From contig DXJL01000083.1 in assembly GCA_019057635.1 (NCBI GenBank), forward strand, positions 1-21,474: a DNA stretch of 21,474 nt. Reading direction: 5' to 3'. This document shows, piece after piece, positions 11,101 through 16,461 of this stretch. The notes below the pieces were generated by a model. It ran no database searches. It saw only the letters and a program-made list of their open reading frames with translations, and was not told the DNA's origin. Each line of letters begins with the position of its first letter. Positions within the stretch are counted from its first letter, which is position 1. The position numbers and the translations under genes are program-made. This DNA is from Candidatus Heimdallarchaeota archaeon (lineage in GTDB: Archaea > Asgardarchaeota > Heimdallarchaeia > Hodarchaeales > Hodarchaeaceae).

Positions 11101-11461
11101 TGGGTTTAGTGACGACTTTGCAAGCGAGATTCCGTCTTCATACGATTTCGTACTTGCTGAACAACTAAGGATAAGTGTTATGAGTTTTGGATTTGCATTG
11201 GAGAAACCAGAAGCACGTGGCGGAAAAGAAAACCTCACTGTAAATATTCTCGTCCAAAAGGATATCTTTACTCTTATTGAGCAATTCAAAGATGAGATTC
11301 AAGGAAAAGTGCATGAATTCCATCTGACTATGGCAAAGGATTCTGGAAACAAGGTATTGATTCGCGTTAAAGCTAATGAAATCAGAAAATATGTCAGTGC
11401 TATAGTAATGAGCTATGTAAACATCTACGGAACTACTGACCTCATTGAAGAAGAAGATTGA
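2141..11461 (+). CDS. Giant single-pass cell-surface protein: signal/anchor, 3x (DUF2341 + LamG/concanavalin-like), Ig/cadherin-like stalk, TM helix, cytoplasmic longin (FLCN/SMCR8/NPRL2-like) domain
   Basis: Uninterrupted ORF; ATG at 2141 follows GGAG (the track uses TTG 2126). Hydrophobic N-terminus. DUF2341 motifs (RKNITID..FPVLV..DIMFTD..KLDHEIE..MYFGN). LamG motifs (WHHVAFTWD..LYIDG..DGKIDEARLS). TM LLLIAGLAVFLIFIGAIVYV followed by RFIRK, then a ~200-aa tail. Confidence 0.9.
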   Translation: MRIRIFQVQHVVLLTILTLNVFALMINFNSVLGGETEGFTTDLLRGLGVSTHDEDKTKSPIPRLTAEDLANYNEKNQISRFPVTTSKIANSFSLPTWGGAGFMFRKNITIDSSKVLANLNDFPVLVDLYGDKDLFGVRQSTGYDIMFTDASGNKLDHEIEIFEQEVPRLIAWVKTDLSSSTDTIISMYFGNDTIPNQANPTGVWANNYEGVYHLSEDPTGTIYDSTANTNDGSAAGSMTSSDQEEGIFDGSVDFDGSNDLINIGDVNSNSWTGITAQAWIFHDTTGDDRIICKSPSGVTSAHIISLAVVSSGSNDRMRVRLSTDGTGGSAAISRDSAMSFTTGTWHHVAFTWDSASERIYLYIDGSQDSNNYFKDGDSIDDSSLPVILANVNTGEDERYYDGKIDEARLSNVARSANWIGTEYNNQFSPYSFYSVGALEEPPSSELYRFRKDLVIDNTKVSGSSDLSQINVLFDIYDTDIHKDGRIQIGGNNLVFKNQGTDTELYYEIEEWNQLFNDTHAHLRVWVQVDTLYANIDTLITMYYGNQANFGYHQPDIVWSDYIGVWHLGDSVSDEGSAVNVHTDSTANINHGNQHGNDDTTGVIGNAQDFDGTNDYVEMGDIDILELSGGTFFTISGWFYRDSTSSTDVIIDKFHPRSPEYTGYTLYIDGSDGLLHIIVADDDDDGLHMTADIDFNAVPSDWYSFYITFDTGVNSDTSSWNIYINGVDNTSLREFYGAGASYSGNDDFSSPNNPKSFTIGAHANNTNFFDGKIDEIRFIEQELSFDRINTEYTNQYDPNSFYSVSTEVENTDWWLDESYGRKKDIIVDSQQLGQTDETVNVRPWAPGYTQTWNHYNRIGAVQDYLAIDEVEYDNDGTFIYTSVDASNRYSSYKLKGLQNEFDGSITSITLHSRARRRTVSGSGSVFSSNIRVFVRPATQNYYGSSQWASTGYNSFTDTWNTNPVTGQPWSWDDLSDLEIGVRGYIDYNQTETVVELRITQLYAEITYTRDKDIFNFPLSLNLYDSDLKTDVQPDADDIAFYDTIGRKLDHDLTFDQNFNTTHAHLSAHINIARISISSNTIVSMYYGNSTIGNQQNPDAVWDDLYSATWHLDESSGGVDAIKDATSNNNHGTDNGTPTLGTSGVVGPSIGFDDVDDFINVTDDSSLRFDKFITASAWINPDVTDKWQTILSKMDGQTEHLYFVLDNTNLYIGLDPIRVDWNTGISISSGTWQHVALTYDGEILRVYKNGVLGASTIGEGTLSLENNNHLLHIGYNEGWTGEKWDGYLDEIRLSRTARAIDWLKLAYLNQMPSSALLTISSENDHATPVINDFSTDDPGDGQPTFWANITDHDSSVLSVTLSLNGTDHLMSQNGSGLWIYQPIGVSYGDYYEYQIINASDTVGNYLTIASIEKNITFNYDSVIPGVIDWEYYSGTKEFKANVSDTWGVIDTVIINVTYHENMADTSSLWAVMQNTASGFMNDTIIMIEGTMNFVITLNDTYGNSFTSSEHPGFVVNTPPEASNLNLSRNSSSILLPVTSNDTLYFLYSYSDAELDPESGSVIRWEKWNGTHWNIQSAYNDLKNITAGVLTRDDVWRVQFQPNDGKDFGDWYVSGNITIQNTVPIVFNVEISPSVPTTNSTLIVEYSWLDIDTGDIETGSQIRWYRDNGNGSGFLLLNQYNDLLQLPENETTKDDQFYLTITPGDGIGLGNIFTSGTITILNTPPTLIVKINDNTVPATVANDTNLDATYQYSDVDGDNETSASLEIRWWRFNLTSGKFESFVNGTLTVSSTSTNTSELWRVDMWINDGTDYSEWTSSATISIGVQPNQAPSALQVNLTSSNPVAGGSLYANYTYFDPDGDSESLTSFHWYKNGIYQPQFDGIRNLLTASLIKGDNWTVEVRPQDNKNDYGEWNSSLPIKILNTAPVVLTAEIFPATNVYTSSTLLINYQGTDVDEDSITLISVVWINGSQEIVGLYNETEVPSTYLKKGETWKYVLRIFDGTDWSDNRTSENITVLNSLMSFDSVSLTGGADTLEDIGIDYSYTDLDSDLINLGQTKINWTIEYASGGNLTVDGVWALSNTYVVAGDTITVEITPHDGESLGVTWQPYRTRLIIGNAIPTISGQPNILGPDNSTDFYASDELHFNYTATDPDFSESSALYNIDYDLDGYVVGAKYRWYRNGILVSELNTPIVPIAYLVRGDEWKASVKPRDRFGDFGSWVNSTVIIITNSRPLISEFRETNSYTTSDMNLDIEFTYSDYDGDPINLSNTIIQWYNYSTLIVGTEITVISTEQVGNEYIVIIRLFSDYYIRGDNITVEVQPHDGTEWALQSNTSFDIIIGNARPFAFNVNLKPNGTDTSAYTTDNLNVSWSYSDPDNDLEVTSLAKIIWKNKGIPQPMFENQSSILSDNINKGDVWTIEIFVFDGIEWSKDPKISTPLIVENTPPIIISVAIISDSGNTSETYADTNLVIDLFDGVNYTDVDGDFILYFGTITRWYRNGVHQPSYDDANLLPSSVLFKGDYWYIEVQITDDLFAYSLNQTSQNITIVNKAPSVISVSLTGNEYTGFFVENEDVSIAISVLDIDIGDSELSYITWTVNGVPNSLYDNLRTIPKNGTQAGDTWNATILASDGYDNTTSLFYFSLFIQSSPKIHNFTANVVEEEVDGTFEISIEMTDALNHNILLGRYDVYLNKSGSIVKTGFLEANATHWFFTFDLLDYADGSYFNTSAVVTITAQSIIGVTTIESFNFTLIDGVAPKIKTTGGSSGVWFDKDIETNPTTLTFYAAIEEYGSGVSSVLLYYYFNLVDVEGEGSSIYQEDGDFSTIEMTYLRTDGEILIYSASVDYIQDGNDYEPLFYVSTSDNAGNSNPNAFDIRNHPERIELIPYQPEGLPPELLLIAGLAVFLIFIGAIVYVRFIRKPEIIGLDKDLVMTGVPKIDEEEIITSIDRHTLGLVVSFFDQLHGPIPIIVIPEMLKDNYSKLVALSDRSFSGTGFSDDFASEIPSSYDFVLAEQLRISVMSFGFALEKPEARGGKENLTVNILVQKDIFTLIEQFKDEIQGKVHEFHLTMAKDSGNKVLIRVKANEIRKYVSAIVMSYVNIYGTTDLIEEED
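2450..6100 (+). repeat. Three tandem DUF2341+LamG modules (about 2450-3457, 3479-4563, 4592-6100)
   Basis: Each repeats RK-I-ID/VD, MY(F/Y)GN, VW, (Y/W)HL, DST/DAT-N-N-G, FD---D-I/V and DG-(I/L)DE-R. Confidence 0.85.
6680..10066 (+). repeat. Eleven ~100-aa Ig-like/cadherin-like repeats
   Basis: Units start NTPP, NTVP, NTPP, NQAP, NTAP, NSLM, NAIP, NSRP, NARP, NTPP, NKAP. Consensus Y-Y-D-D-D-E...W...(K)GD-W...V-P-DG...W..S..I-I. Confidence 0.85.
10808..10867 (+). other. C-terminal transmembrane helix of the giant protein
   Basis: 20 hydrophobic residues followed by RFIRK (positive-inside rule), placing the tail in the cytoplasm. Confidence 0.9.
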
Positions 11462-11484
11462 TTTTCTGAGCTCTTCCCCTTTTT

Positions 11485-13692
11485 CTAATCACTTTCAAGC
11501 AGTGAAAGGTACTGCATTAACTTCTGAGAAGTTTCCTCATCTTCTTTCACTTCTTTCTTCACTAAATCAACTTTTCGTGGGAATTTAGTATCTTTGGATT
11601 TGATCAAAGTCTTGATAATAATATCAATCATTCGTGCCGCAAAATCTACTGCACCTGCTGACTCTATAGGTAATTGCAAGGCTTGAGTTAGTAGTCCACT
11701 TAATTGGGCTTGACTAACAGTCTCAATGATATTAACTCCCCCAATCGGATGCCCACGTTGAACAAAATTAATAAGTACACCCCTCTTTTGAGTTTGCTCC
11801 ACGGAAAAACCTATTTGATCGGTGTCAGGGAGGATTACAAACTCACCATTTGTCTTAATTTCTAAAGGAATAAGATAATCAATTGTATCTAATAAACTTC
11901 CTTTCTCCACTACTATTCTGGGTGAAACGAGGGGTTGTTCTTTGAGTTTCTTGATAGTCTCGTAGATAACTCTCGCTGAGAAGGCCATAGAGGAGACCCC
12001 ATCTTCGAAATAACCAACATTCGCTAGATTCATTTCATAGGCGAGTAGATAGAGGATTTCATCTTGATTTATGCCAGTGGATACTTGAGAGCTTCCTATT
12101 AGCCCTTTCTTACCCGTATGATCCTGAAGAAACAGACTTACTTGAGCGTTTGAGGTATCCTCGATCAGTTCTACTTTGAAACTAATTCCTCTAGTACCCG
12201 GTAAAGTAATAGTACTATCTACGGCTTCTGTTTGTAGAGGAATCTCCATTGGAACAACTGTTGGCTTTTTCTTCACCTTTTCCTTTTCTTTTTTCTTTAT
12301 CTCTGGGGTTAGATATTTACTGACAATTTCATCAATAGCCATCTTAGGTCTTCCCACAGCGAAGACTAGACATTTAATAATCATTTCTTCATCAAGCTTA
12401 TTTTTGAGATGAGCAGAAAAGATATCAAGCAGTCTTTGACCTGTTAAATTTTTGAGTTTCTTTTCTCCTTCAGATGTTCTTACAATGGGAATGTATTTCA
12501 GAAAAACATCACTCAGTAAGGGAACTGGGATGCCTGAGGAAGCAGCAATTTTAAATAATTCACCATATCCTGATTTTACCACTTCAGTCGCTTCATCAGG
12601 CTCGATTCCACAAAATTCTACTAAATAAACAATTTGATTTACCACCTCTTCGGCTTGAGAGGGTGTTTCTAGTTCACTGACCTCTGGAGTCGTAACTAAT
12701 GGCCTTTCAGGTTCAGAGGAATCTGGCAATTCTGTTGGAGAGGACGAAATTTCCTGAGATATTGTTGGACTAGGGGGCATTTCTGAGGGTGTACTTGGTC
12801 GTTCAGCACTTGGTTGTACTGGTTTAACGGTTGGTGTTGTTTCTGCTTGTACAGGTATAGGTTTAGTTATCGATATGGGTGTTGAAGAAGGTGAGGTTGT
12901 GATTTCTTCTTCTGAACCTTCAGTTGCTTGTTGCATGAGTGATTGTAACCGTTGCAAGACAGCTGGATCACCAGCCATTTTCGGTGCAGTTATCTGAATT
13001 TTTGATTGCGAGGATGTCTTAACCTTAGCTTTCACTTTGCGTAGAGTCATTCCTTTCCCATGGTACTCCTCAATTTCACCAATAGCACGTTCATCAACAA
13101 AGTCGCTCTGGGCGATGTCTGGAACAGAAAGTTCGAAGATACGACCAAAAGAATCAATAACAGTCTCAGGTTTATAAATAGATGTTCTGAAGAAGCGAAG
13201 AGGTTCACTATATTCTAGTTGAAAGCTCTCTTTAAGTTGTGTGTGAATTGATTCATAATTGGGGGAACTACGCACAAGATCATTCTTATGCAAAAATACA
13301 AAGACTTCAGCTTCAGGGGAGTAGTTATATAATTTCTCAATAGATGCTTTAAAGTATTGAAAAGCGTTATTCCGAGTAGTTTTATTTGCTGTATCAATTA
13401 AAAAGATAAAGATCTTTACATTGCTAAATACAAAGGGACTGAAGGCATTTAAGAATTTTTTCAGAAAAATCTTCTGTCCACCCAAATCAACAATCGTGAT
13501 AGGAGTGTTTTTTATTGTGACTGATAAACGTTCATAGTTAATTGTTGCAGAAAGTTTGTCTACGTCTTCAGTACGTTGTTTTAAAAAGAAAATTCGTTTT
13601 ACTGCGGTTTTCCCTGCCTCAGAAAGGCCAGCAATAAGGATTTTGTGACCTAGACGCGATGAAATCTCTGATTCGGATACCCACTCTGACAT
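11485..13692 (-). CDS. Rag/Gtr1-like small GTPase with long C-terminal extension (Pro/Ser/Thr/Glu linker, helical region, duplicated domain)
   Basis: G1 GLSEAGKT, G2 ATINY, G3 DLGGQ, G4 HKND, G5 RTSIY. The HKxD and TSI motifs are Rag-type. The rest of the protein is unassigned. Confidence 0.85.
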   Translation of the reverse strand: MSEWVSESEISSRLGHKILIAGLSEAGKTAVKRIFFLKQRTEDVDKLSATINYERLSVTIKNTPITIVDLGGQKIFLKKFLNAFSPFVFSNVKIFIFLIDTANKTTRNNAFQYFKASIEKLYNYSPEAEVFVFLHKNDLVRSSPNYESIHTQLKESFQLEYSEPLRFFRTSIYKPETVIDSFGRIFELSVPDIAQSDFVDERAIGEIEEYHGKGMTLRKVKAKVKTSSQSKIQITAPKMAGDPAVLQRLQSLMQQATEGSEEEITTSPSSTPISITKPIPVQAETTPTVKPVQPSAERPSTPSEMPPSPTISQEISSSPTELPDSSEPERPLVTTPEVSELETPSQAEEVVNQIVYLVEFCGIEPDEATEVVKSGYGELFKIAASSGIPVPLLSDVFLKYIPIVRTSEGEKKLKNLTGQRLLDIFSAHLKNKLDEEMIIKCLVFAVGRPKMAIDEIVSKYLTPEIKKKEKEKVKKKPTVVPMEIPLQTEAVDSTITLPGTRGISFKVELIEDTSNAQVSLFLQDHTGKKGLIGSSQVSTGINQDEILYLLAYEMNLANVGYFEDGVSSMAFSARVIYETIKKLKEQPLVSPRIVVEKGSLLDTIDYLIPLEIKTNGEFVILPDTDQIGFSVEQTQKRGVLINFVQRGHPIGGVNIIETVSQAQLSGLLTQALQLPIESAGAVDFAARMIDIIIKTLIKSKDTKFPRKVDLVKKEVKEDEETSQKLMQYLSLLESD

Positions 13693-13730
13693 GACGACGA
13701 CCTTGTCTCCATTGATACGTTGAACCGCTT

Positions 13731-13757
13731 TGAATGTTTCTTTGTGAATGTTTCTTT
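13731..13757. promoter_or_regulatory. Tandem direct repeat in the divergent Rag/Rag promoter region
   Basis: TGAATGTTTCTTT at 13731-13743 and 13745-13757; partial third copy TGAATGTT at 13840-13847. Confidence 0.4.
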
Positions 13758-14009
13758 TTAGGATTTCTAATTAAATCTTCAGAGCTTCATAATTTGAAGT
13801 GAATATAATTAAGAAAACTTCTTGAGGATTTGTTTTCAATGAATGTTCAAGAGATTATTTAGTGAATCTAGCGCGTTTATGAAAAAGTATAATATTAAAA
13901 AGGCTAGATCGAAAGTACATACCTCTGGTTATACAATGTTGAAGGAGTAAAATAGTACTTCATTAATAAGGTGCAACACAAGAAAATCATATGCGAGGAA
14001 CCTTTAACA

Positions 14010-14906
14010 ATGTCTGGAACTACTGTATCAAAAATTTTGTTTATGGGTCTCGGTGCTAGCGGAAAAAGTAGCATCCGATCGATCGTATTTGAAGGCAAAT
14101 CCCTTGAGGATGTCAAGGATTATAATGCCACAATAAATTATACCCGTTCTACCCGAAATATTATTGATTCTGCCTTCCAGATATTCGACTGCGGAGGACA
14201 AGAATCTTTCATCTCAGTTTTTGTTGGAGACCAAGCTGAATTTATTTTTAGTGGTGTATCCATTCTTGTTTGGGTTGTAGATGTTTCCAATTTCGATGCT
14301 GTTTCTACATCCAAATTTTATTTTGATCATGCTGTAAATAGACTTCATGAGTTTTCTCCTGACGCTGTGATTTACTGCTTATTCCATAAGATCGATTTGC
14401 TTTTGCTAGATATGCGTGAACAAGTCATTGAGACATTGGAATCATTTTTCACAACAGATAAGGACATTCAAATTTTCTATCGTGGAACCTCAATATATGA
14501 TCACTCGACATTTGCCGTTGTGGGAGAGATGGTTCAAACGCTCATTACTAAAAGTAGTAAGGCGAAGACTGTCTCTGAGGCCCTTCAGGAATTTGTTAAG
14601 CAGAATGTGGAATTATCAGGCATTGCTATTTATTCAGAAGATGGGTTACCGGTTTTCGAAGAGGGCAACCTTGCGAATAAAATTATCCTTCCCGCTAACT
14701 TGTGGTTATCAAATTATGAACGTCTCAGAGGAGATTTTCCTGGAAATAACTTTAAAACCACTTTAGAAACCAATGATTATATGTTCGTCTTTCATCAATT
14801 AAAATCAGAAGTTCTTCTTGCTGGAATTGCCCGTAAAGTATCACCTCTTCAGTATGTACTGGTTAAAATGGATAATCTTGCAGAAATTGTCGGTGAGTTA
14901 TTATAA
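14010..14906 (+). CDS. RagA/Gtr1-like GTPase with C-terminal Roadblock/LC7 domain
   Basis: [42 protein letters not shown] and TSIYD closely follow RagA as recalled ([40 protein letters not shown], TSIWD). The C-terminal ~115 aa (14562-14903; [14 protein letters not shown]) is Roadblock-like. ATG 14010 with upstream GAGGA is preferred over GTG 13971. Confidence 0.92.
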   Translation: [298 protein letters not shown]

Positions 14907-14922
14907 GAATGAGATTGAGCTC

Positions 14923-15942
14923 TTAATCAAATTTCAATATTCCACTCTCTATATTGCTACCTGACATCACATTTGTTTGTATTGCAAGGTTTATTACTTC
15001 CTCAATAAATTTTAGAGAGAAGCCAACCTCAGAAGATAGTAACGTTAAATCAAGGTCTGATTTATTTTTAAATGCTGTCAATATCCGTTTTGCTAATAAT
15101 CCTCTAATTTTTTTTACGGGTAAAGACAAGAACTGGTCTAGTTCTTCGAAATCTAGCTTTCCTGAAAGTCTAAGCCGATATTGCAGGCCTAAATCCGATT
15201 GTGTTTCTAATCCAGATTTAGAGAGTAATTGCCTTCCCATGATTGGATCAGTCACCATTTCTAGCCGATAAAGGTTACCTCTAGGCATCTTCTTCTTAAA
15301 TTCATCCACTATTGTTCGTACTTTTGTTTTAACAAGGGGTGTTGGTTGATCACGAAAAATTACCTGAATTTGTTTCTTTTCTGAAACAACAAGTAAGATA
15401 GGTGCAGTATCTGGGATCATTGAAAGGTTTCCAAAAGCCTCAATTGTATTTGCCTCAGTTAAATAATACGCATCAATACCTCTATCTATGATCTGAATAT
15501 TTTGGTCAATTTTCTTTAAGATTTCTTCATCATAAAGATCTTTGTCACTTACAATATTATAAACGCGAAGAGTGCGTTTTATCATGAGCTTAAGGAATTC
15601 AGTATACTTACTTATGGAATTTGAAGTTGTTATGACCCAGAAAAAAATCATTCGACCGAATTGAGCAATTCTATTATCCATAGAATCTTTTGCGGATAAG
15701 GAAAACATGAAAGCTTCTGACACGTAGGGGTCTTTGGGAGTGGGGATTGGACCATAAGCACGCACTTCCATTGGACGAAAGGGAGTGCTAGTACCAATGG
15801 CGGTCAATGTCTTTATTGCCATGGTAAATGCTTCATCGTCAGCAAGAGGAGAAGAGTTGAAAATATTTCTGGGGCCTTCATCCTCGAAGACTGTCACTAT
15901 AAGTCCATCAGTCAATGATTTAGTTCTATCTTTTTTATTCAT
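14923..15942 (-). CDS. Soluble protein: N-terminal longin/uDENN-like domain, possible gelsolin-like middle domain, C-terminal PCI-like winged helix
   Basis: GLIVTVFEDEGPRNIF resembles the longin beta1-GP-beta2 hairpin. The C-terminus LDLTLLSSEVGFSLKFIEEVINLAIQTNVMSG..SGILKF has a wHTH pattern. ATG 15942 (MNKKD) is preferred over 15999. Confidence 0.6.
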   Translation of the reverse strand: MNKKDRTKSLTDGLIVTVFEDEGPRNIFNSSPLADDEAFTMAIKTLTAIGTSTPFRPMEVRAYGPIPTPKDPYVSEAFMFSLSAKDSMDNRIAQFGRMIFFWVITTSNSISKYTEFLKLMIKRTLRVYNIVSDKDLYDEEILKKIDQNIQIIDRGIDAYYLTEANTIEAFGNLSMIPDTAPILLVVSEKKQIQVIFRDQPTPLVKTKVRTIVDEFKKKMPRGNLYRLEMVTDPIMGRQLLSKSGLETQSDLGLQYRLRLSGKLDFEELDQFLSLPVKKIRGLLAKRILTAFKNKSDLDLTLLSSEVGFSLKFIEEVINLAIQTNVMSGSNIESGILKFD

Positions 15943-16461
15943 GACTAAATTTGTCAGACAACTCTTTAAAAAGAATTCTGGACAGGATGAGTTACACATC
16001 TACTATCTGGAAAAAATTAGCTCCCGAGGAGAGATAGCTTTCGAGGGACTGCTTGAAACAAGCCCACTAGCGATATCCCAAACACCAATGATCTTCCACC
16101 AGTTTTTACCATTCTTCTCTTACCTTTGACAGGTAACTCGTCTAACGTAGTTACAAGGGAATCTGGCTTATGAGCTAAGTGAATATTTTTTCATCACCTC
16201 AGGGTTGAAGAAGTGAGGGAAGGAGGACTTTCAAGGTTGTGAGAGAGAGAGGTAAACGAATGCGAGAAATATTCCTTTGTCGGCCAAAATTGATCATGTT
16301 TGAATGGCTTCCTAGAAATTTCGAGTCAGATTACTTGTTGGAGATTAGGCTTCTACTTAATTAATCATATTGAAAATTAATAAAAAATCCTAGACTTTCC
16401 TACCGCAGATGTCTTTTAATTACTAGTTTTTTCATATTTCTCTAGGATGATGAAAAGAATT

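Noticed and set aside
2158-11289. Many 60-110 aa ORFs inside the giant gene, and similar ones inside other genes
   Set aside because: Alternative-frame or antisense ORFs nested in strongly supported CDSs, with no independent evidence.
15785-16129. 114-aa plus-strand ORF reaching into the long spacer
   Set aside because: Overlaps the 5' end of the longin-wHTH gene on the opposite strand and has no recognisable protein features.
16150-16410. RNase P RNA-like words (GAATCTGGCTTAT on +; GAAAGTCC and AGGAAAGTCT on -)
   Set aside because: The pieces lie on opposite strands and cannot form the P4 pairing in the required order.
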